Assembly: GCA_044892505.1 (NCBI GenBank)
Contig: CM097883.1
Coordinates: forward strand, 257,238,001 to 257,302,000
Source: Schmidtea nova
Taxonomy: Eukaryota
Direction of reading: 5' to 3'
Length of the DNA: 64,000 nucleotides
The position numbers and the translations under genes are program-made. Of this stretch, positions 24,861 through 37,053 are shown piece by piece (position 1 is the stretch's first letter; every line of letters begins with the position of its first letter). Under the pieces are notes generated by a model, which was given only the letters and a program-made list of their open reading frames with translations, was not told the DNA's origin and made no database searches.

Positions 24861-25643
24861 TTAAAAAAAACGTTTAATATCGTTAAAAAAGTTTGTCGTG
24901 GTAATTTTAACTGTGTGAATAATATTTTTGTGGCGTACAGTGATGTTGAGTAAGCCGTCATGAAGGGTAAATGGTTGTGAACAGGTAGAGGAAACTGTTG
25001 TAGTTTTGGTTATAGGACTATGAAAATTTTTATTAAAATAATTATTGAAATTTTTATTGAGTATATTATTAAAATTATTATTAATATAAATGAAGTAATT
25101 AGATGAATTTAAATATTCACATAATAAATTCAAAAAGCTTATGTATCCCACTTCTGACACCAATTGTAGGAATGCTATAAGCAAATAAGATTTTATTAAT
25201 AGAAATTGATCTCCAATTGACAAGTTGGTCTTTGGCAACCGGAAATCCTGACCGATGATAACAAGAGTTGAAATGAGCAAGCTCCATGACAGTCCGTATT
25301 GATTGATTACTGGTGCTGGCGAATAATCGTTTAATCGAGATTGATTGTGATCCAATGTATTGGTTTGTAGATTTTTGGAGTTATACATTTCAGATTTGTC
25401 TGGATAGTATATTAATATTGATCCAGTTGTTGACAAGCATCTTCCAGTTTGTACGGCTTCTTTTCGCATTCCAGCAGCGAAACATTTCTGCAATCTACGG
25501 AACTGGCAATTGTTTCTTCTTTGAATATCGACTACACAATCTCCACTAGAGTAGAACTGATAATTGTTGTCATTTGATGAAAACGAGTCGCTGTGAATGT
25601 CTTGAGTGAATTGGCATATCGAATCATTGTTAACAGCTTGCAT
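24861..25643 (-). CDS. Chimeric 260-aa ORF starting in the 5' LTR of element C: degenerate nuclear-receptor zinc finger 2, hinge and LBD-like segment, reading through the PBS
   Basis: YQFYSSGDCVVDIQRRNNCQFRRLQKCFAAGMRKEAVQTGR matches nuclear-receptor finger 2 plus the GM..EAVQ extension; NLSIGDQFLLIK resembles the LBD L...DQ..LL signature. Expression unknown. Confidence 0.6.
   Translation of the reverse strand: MQAVNNDSICQFTQDIHSDSFSSNDNNYQFYSSGDCVVDIQRRNNCQFRRLQKCFAAGMRKEAVQTGRCLSTTGSILIYYPDKSEMYNSKNLQTNTLDHNQSRLNDYSPAPVINQYGLSWSLLISTLVIIGQDFRLPKTNLSIGDQFLLIKSYLLIAFLQLVSEVGYISFLNLLCEYLNSSNYFIYINNNFNNILNKNFNNYFNKNFHSPITKTTTVSSTCSQPFTLHDGLLNITVRHKNIIHTVKITTTNFFNDIKRFF
25145..25162 (-). promoter_or_regulatory. 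Primer-binding site of element C (tRNA-Leu type)
   Basis: Minus strand TGGTGTCAGAAGTGGGAT, 2 nt after the LTR end. Confidence 0.88.
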
Positions 25644-25762
25644 TTTTTTTTGATCAGCGTGAAAAAAGTGAAAAAATATGTAAATATTAAAACAACATCT
25701 AATTTAATCCATTTAATAATTAATTAATTTATAAAATTGAAAATTTAATCTAAGGCACTACA
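25165..25762 (-). repeat. 5' LTR of element C (598 bp), containing a nuclear-receptor-derived segment
   Basis: TGTAGT...CCTACA on the minus strand; AATAAA near its 3' end; adjacent PBS and TSD. Confidence 0.93.
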
Positions 25763-25899
25763 ATAATAATTAAAGTACAAACTTTAATTAAAAATTTATA
25801 AAAATTCAAATTGAAGATTGAGAGGGAAAACTGGTATGGGAGGATGCCAAATGATGAGACGAATTCAGATATGGGTATATAAAATTAAAAAGGGGTCCC

Positions 25900-26462
25900 C
25901 AGAAAGAAATATTAAGAAAATACAAATTAATTAAAATAATTAATTTCCTAATAGGAAACCCGAACAATGTGGGAAATCCGGGGCCTCAACAAATCTATTA
26001 ATTAGGAAAATAAATTGACAAGTTTAAGTATGCCCCGTTGAAAAGCCGCAAACCAACTTAGCGGCAACTCCCAATTTAATTAATAATTTGACAGATCCAT
26101 TAAGGCGCGACAGAACTGAGCGACAAGGCACTATTTAAACTAAGAGCAATTTGTCGAAATTGCCAGTCGGTCGAAGAAAAACTCAAAGAGTTAAGCAAGA
26201 AATCGGAACGTAGAAAAGGCAACTGAAACGGTACTTAAAAGTTATAAAGTATCGATCTATCAATTCCTGCGTACCAGAAAGGGAAATATTCAATTGGGTG
26301 TTCTACCCTATCGCAGAGGGCAGAACAATTATAACTTTCTGTGATTTACAGTGTTGTTATTGAATCAAAAATAAAACTTATTGTGTTGGGTCTAATTTCT
26401 TGTCGTGATAAAAAGAGAACACTGGAGTCAGATACCACCTACTACTCATTAATAACCCAGCA
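25900..26462 (+). repeat. Possible solo-LTR remnant (left boundary undefined)
   Basis: Ends in aataacccagca, preceded by tgtgttgggt (terminal hairpin), like the giant-element LTR ends; related by eye to 27540-28198. No TSD found. Confidence 0.35.
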
Positions 26463-27539
26463 AATATAATTTATTTCAAAAAATGTAAAAAAATTTATTT
26501 TATTTTTATTATTATTTATTTCTTCGAATTAAAATATTAAAATATTTTTAAACATATAAAAATAAAATAATAATCATTTTCCAAATAATTTTAAAATGAA
26601 ATTAATTAACATAAAAATACTTTTTCAAATTCACATAAAATGTTTTTCAATTATACAGTTTAATAAAATACGTACGATGCAATACAAATTCGACTAACTA
26701 TTAATTTGCTGGGAACTTGTCTGCCTTCAGTGTCATCATGAATTGTCCATTTCTTTACTTTACGTTTACTTTGTACGTAATTGGTTCCGTATCTAACATG
26801 TAAATAATTTTTGTTTAAATAAAATATATAAAAATAAACCGTATTATAATGGAAAATAATATGTTTTTATCCTGAGTCTTTACTGGGAAACCTTTTAGAA
26901 TTAATTTATTGTTTACCATTAACAATTCTGCCAAACGTTGGCATTGAAAAAAATCACTCGCCGATATGCTGAGATTTATTGATATCGCTTTTATATGAAA
27001 TAAACTGAAACTTTGAATTATAACCAGATTGAAAGAGAACCCTTTAAAATTTTTGGAATTTAAGAAAATCAACTACTCCAAGTCTCACATTATTTCATTG
27101 AAAACTCCTGGTCATCATGAGGTATCAGATTGGTTTGGTTCTCATTTAATTTAAATGACTTTGTCCTTTACTGGCCTAGAATTAAATAGCGTTTATTTAA
27201 GAAATGTTTTCTCTCTATGCCACAAGATTATGATCTTGTCAAAACATATTCTTTGAAATAATATAATATTCCATCTTAAAAATATATGGCCTCTAAGTGT
27301 TTTCAATTCCTTTATAATTATCATTACTCAAATGTAAAATATTTTTAATTTTTATGAATTTAATACATTTTTTAAATCAGGAAATTGAGTCGCCACTTTT
27401 TATTTTAAATTTAGTTACACAGCAATATTTTTAAATAGTAAATTTTAATGAAAATGAAATTAATTAATTATTAATTTATATTTTAAAGATGAAATGCGAT
27501 ATATAGAGTATTCAGGATCACCAAAAATATGCTCATTGG

Positions 27540-28198
27540 GGATAAAAGGATAAGAAAATAAAAATAAATAAAAAATTTTGGGAAATAAAAAATTAATTAA
27601 TCACTCAATGGAAGCCCGAGAGAATGGGAAACCCGAGCAATTAGGAAAGCCTGGAGCGCATGAGAGATCTGAGAGATCAAAGGCAATTTATCAGGGCAGT
27701 TTGAGATGAGTCCACCGGACGAGTAAACAAATAATTCAGTTATTATCATCATTAACCCAAAATATTTGATATAATATTTATACAAAATTAGATAAATGCC
27801 CTTTCAAAAGGGAATAAAATGAGAGCCGAATAAAGACAAAACCCCAGTTGGTCAAAAAGTTTTAGGTCAAAATTGTAAATTGAAAAACGTTAGGAAAGTT
27901 AATAGAGGGAGGAAAGAAGCGATTATAATAAAACCTTACTCAATTAAACGTACTGAAAAAGCGATTACTCCTTGGGTCATCTGCCTTAACTTTGAATCAA
28001 ATTAATAAGCGAAAGTGCAAATTATTGTAAAATTGTAAATTGTATCTATTCAATAAACTGGAATTAAAGTCAAAGTGTAAATTGTTGTGGCAGTCAAGTA
28101 AAATTATTCTGTGTTGGGTATTATTGATTTTGATATATAAAAGGACACGAGGAGTCAGAAATTGCAACGATTTAGTGTTTAAATAAAATAACCCAACA
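27540..28198 (+). repeat. Possible solo-LTR remnant (left boundary undefined)
   Basis: Ends in aataacccaaca, preceded by tgtgttgggtatt; shares ggaaacccga and ggagtcaga blocks with 25900-26462. No TSD found. Confidence 0.35.
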
Positions 28199-29359
28199 CA
28201 ACTGTGCTGATGAGGGAAATAATAATTATTCATAAAATGAAAATTTGTCTACTTAATTTAAATTTTCATTTGAAATATTATTTAACATTTTTATATACAT
28301 TTTTGAGGTTTTGCTTAACTTAAATATTCATTAAATGAATTTATAATTGTGACATTATCTAAATTGTTTTTGGCTTTTTTTCCGTGGCTTTTTTTACCTG
28401 GATTCATTTATTTTAGGGAGTAGCTTTCGATTGTTTTAGAAATTATATTTATTTTCTAAATTTTCGTTATCACTAAGAACAATTCTGAAACTATCTGTAA
28501 CTGTAAAATAAAATATTAGAGTTTATTTTAAATTAAAATTAATCCAAAATTACCTTAGATCAACGAAGTCAACGATGTCAAGTTGTATTATTAGCAGCAG
28601 ACAAAAATATTTACGAAAATTTTAACTTATTAAAAGTAATTGATGAATTTACATTAAAAACTCAAAAAAGGCTGTATTTTTTTTTCTTCATCACTTTAAT
28701 TTTCTGTTTAACCCGAACCCCTGAAACATTGCAAAATTAATTAATTTTACTTTCATTTCATTTTAATAATTTTTGTTGTCTTTCTTATGTAATATGTGTA
28801 ATAAAATATTCACATTGAAAAAAACATTTATTTTTTTAAAAATCCTTGTTTTGGTTTATGAAAATAAAAATTAAAAAATATTTATTTTTGATTGACAATT
28901 GATTGAAACATTGTATATATGTAAACACTGCGAATCAAATTTTTAATTAATCTCCAAGGATATTGACATACATGTCTAGGTATTTTTTTATTAAAAATTA
29001 TTTGGTGAAAAAAAATTGAAATATAATAAAAAATAAAATAAAATTTTATAAAATATCTCATTAGTAAAATCATTGATAAATGTAAAAATACAATTAAATT
29101 TTTTTTCACTTAATAAAAATTACCCCTTAAAATCTTTGCATTTGAGTGGTCAACCCCCCCCCCACCCGAATGACACTGAAAAAATCTCTTAAATAAATTT
29201 TTTAAAATTAAAAACCATTCACAAAGAAAAAAATAAATCTATTATCAGTGAAAGTGAATAACATTAATTTTTCTTACATAAATAAACATCAAAATAATTA
29301 ATTATAAAAAAAATTTTCTAGTCTAATTTCTATTTGCAATATAAATAATTCAAATTTTA

Positions 29360-30283
29360 TCAGTCCGTTTTAACTTTCTTGCAAAAAAATATCAACTTTC
29401 TAAATCGCTTAAACAACATTAAATTTGTAAAAGGATTTATAAAAGTAACTACTATTAATAAGTCAATTAAAAAATAATAAAAACAATCAACATCAAAGAA
29501 AACAATTTCATAACGATGCAAAACATAGCCCGTCATTTCTGTTAGCAAAACCATAACGCAACACAATGTTGATGTAAAGGTGACGACGGAGTATTTATAA
29601 AATACTAAACTTCTTTTTTTTACAATCCGTTCATCATGTGCAATCATTAAATTTTTCGAGTTTTTGTAGAGATCTCTAGCAGAGAACATTACAAATACAG
29701 ACAAAGTAGATATCGGGATGCTATAATAAAATATTATACAAAACAGTATACCAACAAATGACGGCTCCCAGGCGCACGAATATATAATAGTTTGGTTCAA
29801 ATCCAATACCTCTACCCAATTGTCAGAGGACACATAGGATACAGTCACGATTGATGATAGTAAATAAACAAATATTATTAATATCAAATTTTTTATTCTA
29901 GTAATAGATTTGTATCTAAATGGAAAAACAATGCAAACAAACTGATCAAATGCCGTCAGAATCATCATGTAAATATTCATTATAAAAAATAAATAAAATA
30001 TTGGAGTGGTATTCCAACCGTAGCAATATACAAATGCATAAATGTTAGTGTTAATTTCTGATTCTATTTCCTTAAAGAAATTCATAAAATAAGAAACCAA
30101 AAAAAGCATAGACACAATTGTTCGGTTTTTAGTAACCATCATCGCGTTGCGCGACGAAATTTTATACTGAAATAAAAATATCAACAATAATAAATTTAGA
30201 ATAAAATAAAAGCAAATGAATGAACTTCTGAAACTGAAAAATAAAAGAGTGTCGTTGCAAGTGTCATTTATGAATAATTTCAT
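29360..30283 (-). CDS. Intronless divergent rhodopsin-class 7TM GPCR (paralog 2); likely ATG at 30283 (MKLFINDTC)
   Basis: Colinear with paralog 1 throughout (DQFVCIVFPFRY, YSCAWEP, FSARDLYKNSK, INPFTNLMLFKRFRK); upstream flank also similar. Confidence 0.8.
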   Translation of the reverse strand: MKLFINDTCNDTLLFFSFRSSFICFYFILNLLLLIFLFQYKISSRNAMMVTKNRTIVSMLFLVSYFMNFFKEIESEINTNIYAFVYCYGWNTTPIFYLFFIMNIYMMILTAFDQFVCIVFPFRYKSITRIKNLILIIFVYLLSSIVTVSYVSSDNWVEVLDLNQTIIYSCAWEPSFVGILFCIIFYYSIPISTLSVFVMFSARDLYKNSKNLMIAHDERIVKKRSLVFYKYSVVTFTSTLCCVMVLLTEMTGYVLHRYEIVFFDVDCFYYFLIDLLIVVTFINPFTNLMLFKRFRKLIFFCKKVKTD

Positions 30284-33200
30284 TGCGGAATCTTTTTGAA
30301 AGAATCTTTTTAACTGTAAATATAAATATATTTTCAATATTAAAGATGACTTCTCATTGGATATAATCTGAGAAAAATAAATTATAATTGGGAAGTAAAT
30401 ATTATGTAAAAATTATTTCTCTAATTTTATATATATTTTTATTTTAGAAATTATTATAGAAAATAAATAATTAAAAATAGAAAAATATTTATTGCTTGTT
30501 CAATTAACATAGTTAATTTTGGAAGTAAATATTTAATTAGAAGCGTTCATTTTTCTAAAAGAACTTTTGGAGATTGAATGAGAGGACAAAATTATTAAAA
30601 TATAATTTATCAGATAACTGTTTGTTTTTTAACAAAAATCATTAATAAAAGCTAAATCTTTGTGATATCCAGTGCAAAACCCAAATAGCAAATTAGTTTC
30701 GAGATTGTCTCTCATCAGTGCTATGCAGGAGACGCAAAAATTGCTTTCCACATCAGTAGCGATAATTTCTGCTACTAAAAATAGTTTAAACTATCACGAA
30801 CCAAATCTTCAAAAAGAATACAATGAATACTATAAGACCTTTTAGACAGAAAAAGAATAAAGAACCAAATAAAGTACCCATTTATGCTACTAAAAATCCG
30901 ATTTCATGATACTCCACCCTGAAGAATACCCAGGATTGCCTGAACAAGCAAGTACTGCACAGAAATACTTTACCAAAGTGTTTGCTCTCCTAAAATCCGA
31001 TAAAACAGCAATGACCCAGCTCAAAGAACTACTGACCTTAAAAGATCTAAAATATAGTTTTAACTTTATCGATATATACAATATTCCCAATATTCCTGAT
31101 GCTCCCGATCTCCCTGATATTCCTTATTTTAGCGATCTTCCTGAATCAGCAAGAGATAATGTTATTAAAACACTTGAAAGTTCAAAAATTACAAGATATC
31201 CCTGTGATCCCAATACCCTTGCTGTCACTGATGCTCCTGATGTTCTTGATGACCCTGAACCTGAAATCCATTATTGGGTACTGTCTAGATGAAATATACA
31301 AATTAGAAAACTGACAGAGATTAAGTCGTCCTGCATCTTTCGAGCACAGGTTATTTCTTGAATAAAATCTTTAAAAAAAGAGTAAGTGTGTGACAGTGTA
31401 CAAGCATATTTGAATGTACGTATGGAGATAATAAAAAGCTTATACTAGAAAGGTTGCGCGTTTACTGATCCGTTCTATACCTTTCACCTCTACATTCGTC
31501 CAATCAAAGATAATTAGTATATCGTTCAATCTGTGCACTGCCGTATGACTAGCTTTTGACTCGTTGTACTACACAACCACAGTGTACTGTTTCAACTGTT
31601 TGTGGGATGTGACATATGTTAGCTTCAAACGTAAAGAGGACAGAAAACTTGCTATACAGATTGCACATGTAAGCTTGACTCAAGGCTTTAGCCACTAGCT
31701 GATATCTTTTTCATTCCATATATATATAGAAAGAGAGAGAGAGAGCATATATAATTTTCTTTAAAACACTTGATATGTATAACAATTGTATTTGAAAATT
31801 TCACCCTTTGATATTATTTATTAGCCAGTATTATGAGAATTTGCCCCGGTTTAATAAACAAATTCACTTATAATTTAGGACTTAAAAAATCAAAATGTTT
31901 TAACACATTTCGAAAATCAGTTCGTGTCGGTGAGCACATCGGGAGAATATGGAATACTTAGGATCCATTTTCCCACTCAAAATGTGTTTTGCGCTTTTCC
32001 AGGTCCACCCTATATGAGATTGAATTACTTTGAACACTTTCAAGGAATGAAGGTTACCTGTACCTTGAATCCTTATTAACATTAATAAATAATGTCGGTC
32101 AATGAAACTTTTAATTTCGAAATGGATTAATTTTTGACGAGATGATAATAATATATTGAGATTTCACGTGCCTAACTTGGTAAATTCCAAAGGATAGTTA
32201 ATATGTTTCTATTACCTCTTTTTATCACGAATGGCAATACGCAAGGCAGTCGTAGTTTGACCACTTAAATCATCTTCTTCCATCCTTTTCTAATATTTGA
32301 ATAGCTATGGGTGAAAATTTTGGTACCTTGTTTTCGTGCTTTGATCACTTTCACTTCATATGAAAATAGAACTTTATTATAATAAGTAATTGTTTTTATA
32401 ACATTATTCTCAACCATATACAACAAAAGAATCGGTAGTTTAATCAAACTTATAATAAAAAATGCCTCTCGGTTTTTTGGATAATACGCCTGACAATTCT
32501 AATAAAAACTTCGTCATTGGAAGCCCATTTCAATCAAAACTGACAGATAACACTGAGTTAAGAAAAAGGGATTTTAATATTTTGTAAGTTTCTATGCCCC
32601 GTTGTTACTTGATGCGTCTTTTCACACAAATCATCAAAATGGTATTTTAATCCTACAGCAGCACTCTGAGTCTAGTAAAACAATTTTGAAGAAAAAAGTG
32701 GCAAATATTTAGATAAGTTATTCTTTAATGCTACTATAAAATCTTTTTAATATCAATCTGCTGAATTTTCGTACAAAAAAGGATATATAATACGATATTG
32801 TGTACGGCGAGGAAAATGTTGTAAGAATTCTATCCAAATATCGTGATTTTTTGATGTTGAATTGAAGCTTCCTCTTGCAAATATTAAAACTTCAATGACC
32901 GTAACAGAATAACATAAAATACAGAGTATATCAGTGACTTTCAAATTTCAGATAATGATCTCATATCATTTAAACTTGCCTTACCAGAGAATTTTAATAC
33001 TTTTAATTCTTATTTAATCTTGTGAGAGAGTAACATCTTTCTCTTTACTAGTATGTTGTCTAAAATATTTTCAATAATCTTAAGGCTCTTCTTATTAATG
33101 TATAAAACACAATATTTTCCACAGCTTACAAATAAATATTAATGTGTGGTTACTATGAATTAAGAGTTTTGTGAATATTATCAGTTCTCACTACTTAGAT

Positions 33201-36152
33201 TTGACAACCTCTTTGTATCTATGGTAATACACACTTAATAAAGCATCTACCGAAATATCGTGTACCTAATAAAAAATTGTTTTGATATAGTCTTACAATA
33301 ACTAATGTGAAAGTTATTGAATTAAAAAATAGATCAAAAGTGAAACCAAAAGAAAATGATAATAAAACTTATAATTAAGCATAAAAGCATGTTAAATAAT
33401 AATATTTGACTTTTTTAAATATATAATAATAAATAAATAATAAATAATTAGAGTGATTAAGTAAATGCAATATTTAGTTTAATATAAAAATAAATAAAAT
33501 AATAACAAAAAATGATAATAAATTGCTAATAAATAAATAATAATATTAAAGTAAAGTAAATAATTAAAATTAATAAATAATAATATTAAATAATATTAAT
33601 AAATAAATAATTTAATTAATTAAATAAAAAAACCAAACAGTAAAACAAAACACAATGTAAGAATCATGCCAAAAAATTGTCAAATCTTTAAACAAAACAC
33701 TTTAAAAATCTCATTAAAAATGCTCGATAACTCATACGGACCCAGATAACTCATAGCTACCTACTCAATTTAATTACAATTACCATAATTATTAGGCAGA
33801 AATTCAAATCAATATGTTAAATTTATTGAAAACACAATTTTTAATTTTAGCATAGTGTAGCAGTTTTAATAAAAAATATCTGGTTAATCTGAAAAGTCCT
33901 ACGTCATTTGATACAGAAAAGTAAATTTGCTGAAACCAAAGAAATAAAAATGTTAATGTAAATTAAACTTAAGTCATTATAACTTGTGAAATAAATTATG
34001 TAATATTTATTTAATAATGATAGAATAAATGTAAAAATTATCAGAAATATAAAGCAACAGAGAATAGCATTAGGTGACATGATAATTAACTAATAATAAA
34101 AACAATGTTTATTTACTAATATAAAATGTCAATAAAGGAAATATTTAGAACAAAACTCTAAATTAACAATAAGGTTAAAAGTGGTGCGATTTGAGATAAA
34201 TTTCGTAATTTTTGCAAATTAAAATCAATTTTGTCAATCATTTAAACAAAGAAATTAAATAAAATATTTATAACTTAAATCGATAATTATAAAACGAATA
34301 AATAGTAATAATACCAAAATACATCAAAGGAAACAAATTTAAAAGGCTGTAGCACGTACATGGGATTAAACATTTAATAAACTTAAAAAATATTTGTCGG
34401 ATGACAGTTTGTTTTTTAAAAAACCTTTAATAAAAAATAAAGCTTTGTGATTCCCAGTACAAAATCACAGTAGCAAACTGCTTTCGAGCTATTGGCTCTC
34501 AACATTGTTGTGCAATAGCCGCGAATATTGCTCTTCACGTCAGGTAAGTATAAAACAAAGTTGGAACAAATTTATTGAATACTTTTCCTGGTACAGCGGA
34601 TACCACATCACTTGAATACTCAAATATGAAATTATTTCAATTCTAATTTTATTTTTATATATTTTTTAATCTTTTTGCTTCGATTTAGTTTAACTCAAAA
34701 TTTTTTGATTGTTGCAGCGGATTCAATAATTATATGAAATTTTGCATTCGTGAAAATAAGAATGACGATACACGAGAAGACTGTTAAAGTAATGGAAAAA
34801 TGTAAAGGGTATTATAGTAGTCAACGAGAAGCTTCATCCTGTTTCCATTCGTGGTCAAAGTGGAATGAGATAAAGCATGAATGCAATCAAGCAAGGTTTC
34901 AACAAAAATAAGAGAAAAGAAGAATTCAATAAAGAGGATTTTGAATTTTTTAGAAGACATTATACTTCAAGATCATGATTAGAAATAATAATTCCAAACA
35001 CAACCATCGGTTTATGAACGGTCATCTCACGCAGATAGAAACTGTGACTAAATTAAAAACTTCTATTAATTAAATAAAAATATTTATCTTATTTAAAAAA
35101 ATAACTTAAAAAAACATGCCATCGGCATAAACACGTTTCACTCTAGATTCTTGTGAATATTGTTTCTTTTTAAAATTATTTATTACGTAAATAAAAGAAT
35201 ATTGAACGAATTTAAAATTTTGGACTTTTATTTTTCCCCTTTAGGCAAGAAGTGCATTTTTCATTTGTGAATTTAAAAAATAATAAATTTGATAAAGATT
35301 TTACATAATGTTAAGTTTATATAAGTTAAGAAGAAATTAATTTCAATTAAAAAAAATTTTAATCGTTTCTTTTTGGTAAGTATTTTCCTTAATTAACCAG
35401 GTAAGCAAGTAGAAGTGATTCTATGGTGCATTTGTCGTACATATACGTCAGGTGAAAATAAAATTATCATTTGCTATGAAAATTCAAAATATTAGTAAAA
35501 ACTTAAAAATATATTGTGTAAATATAAATATTGCTAATTTTAATTACTCACCCAGAAATACATTTTTGAAAATAAACAACTCGCTTAATAAATTAATAGA
35601 ATTGACCCTTGATTTTTCTTCCTTGTGCTGGGATTATGGGTGGGTTTTAAGTAATTCAAATAAACAATTAATCATACTAGGGATTCCGCGCCCATAACCA
35701 TACATAACATGACTACTACACGCGTATGCCCTTGACTATTCCCTACTAGTCAAGTTGGTACTGCATACGGTGGTGGAAAAATGATGGGCAGGTGAGCTTT
35801 GTCGCCAAAACTACTCCCCATTTATCTTCCCTCGGGTTCTTGCTGCCGATAGAAGGTCTTACGCATTTACATTCTATGGATGTTCGTTTCCTACTGAATT
35901 TTATACTACATATACTTATGATCTATCACACGCTTTTCCCAATGACGCTCTCCCTCGCTGTTCTACAAGCCTACGAAAACTCTCGCTGCTAAGTAACGGT
36001 CGGTGTAGGTTTTACGATGCGATTTTTAGTTCTACGAATTACTTATGTAGTCTTATTTTATTTAGTGAAATCCCACGATGAGAGAAAAAATTTACACAGT
36101 AATACTTTATTAAAATAATAAAGACAGGTTGTTATGTTACATGGAGATTTTC

Positions 36153-36737
36153 CTATTCAAACTCCAGGCTAATCTCCTGGATTAACTCTGCTTCGGTTAA
36201 GGAGTTCAGGTGGTGGATTTGTTCGTCCAGGCGCCTTGCAAATTCTCGGCGACGACGACGCTGTCGCGATCCCATTCGATGTTTTCGAAGCTGTGGGTTT
36301 ATGACCGGTGCTGACGCTATTGTTCTCGGGGGATCACTGGGAAAAATAGGCAAATCTTCCGTTGTAAGAGTGGGTGCCATGATGATTTCCTCTTCCGTCC
36401 CGCAAGCGACATCTTGGTGAGTGCATTGTATCCAGCGCTGAGCCGTGATCGGCCGGATTAGCGCTCGTAATTCGGAGTCGATGTAACTTCTTGTTACTGC
36501 GTTCAGGCAATTTCGGAGTTCTCGCTGGACGGCATCTAATTCCAATTTGGTTGTAGCCAATGCTTCCTGCACTCGCTCGAGTTTTTTCGACTGGTCCTTC
36601 ATCTGTTCGGGCGAGAACCACTTCGCTTTCAATTCATCATTGGCGACCGTGAGTCGCTTGATCTGTCGCTGCTGGTCCCTCAGCTTTCTCTCTTGAATTT
36701 GTCCCATGATTTTCTTCGAATTTTCTGAAGTCGGCAT
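36153..36737 (-). CDS. LTR-encoded 194-aa protein (coiled coil, Arg-rich RQRRRRREF); 3' LTR copy
   Basis: ATG-initiated ORF in a locally less AT-rich block, CAG 5 nt upstream, AATAAA (plus-strand tttatt 36106-36111) about 40 nt after the stop. No recognised family. Confidence 0.6.
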   Translation of the reverse strand: MPTSENSKKIMGQIQERKLRDQQRQIKRLTVANDELKAKWFSPEQMKDQSKKLERVQEALATTKLELDAVQRELRNCLNAVTRSYIDSELRALIRPITAQRWIQCTHQDVACGTEEEIIMAPTLTTEDLPIFPSDPPRTIASAPVINPQLRKHRMGSRQRRRRREFARRLDEQIHHLNSLTEAELIQEISLEFE

Positions 36738-37053
36738 GTTGTCTGAAGATTATAACGATAAATTCACTGGAGGGCCTATCAACAATGTTATTTTATTTAA
36801 ACAACTATTATTATTATTAAACGAGATGTATATTAATGTTTTTAATTGTTGAGTTCTCTACAAAATTATTTAACTATCTAATCATTGAAGACTCAAAAGG
36901 TTTATTGAACTAATTTTATATTAATAAATGAATTTCCTAATGGCTATAACAACTACAATACTAAATCTACATGACAACACTATTAACAAAACGAACATTT
37001 CAGAATTCTTTAAAACATTTATTTAATTTAAAAACAGGCGGCCATTGATTCAG

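Larger units (their letters stand above)
19974..25762 (-). mobile_element. Full-length Ty3/Gypsy LTR retrotransposon (element C, 5789 bp) with two frameshifts in pol
   Basis: Direct repeats 19974-20570 and 25165-25762 with TG...CA ends, 5-bp TSD ATAAT (19969-19973, 25763-25767), PBS, gag, PR (FLIDSG), RT (YLDD), RNase H (TDAS), IN and GPF motif. Confidence 0.95.

Noticed and set aside
20249-25556. Two host nuclear-receptor genes or a tandem gene duplication
   Set aside because: Both copies lie wholly within TG...CA repeats bounded by TSD and PBS, lack zinc finger 1 and have lost two Cys ligands; better explained as LTR cargo.
30906-31292. 128-aa Pro/Asp-rich ORF
   Set aside because: Low-complexity with no recognisable family; may be an exon of the unidentified host gene but cannot be supported.
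31900-32082. Possible hAT transposase relic (SIFSRCAHRHELIF)
   Set aside because: Single weak motif; no TIRs or TSD found.
35452-35697. Host gene disrupted by element B insertion
   Set aside because: Joining the flanks across the TSD gives a stop within a few codons in this frame; no evidence of a real exon.
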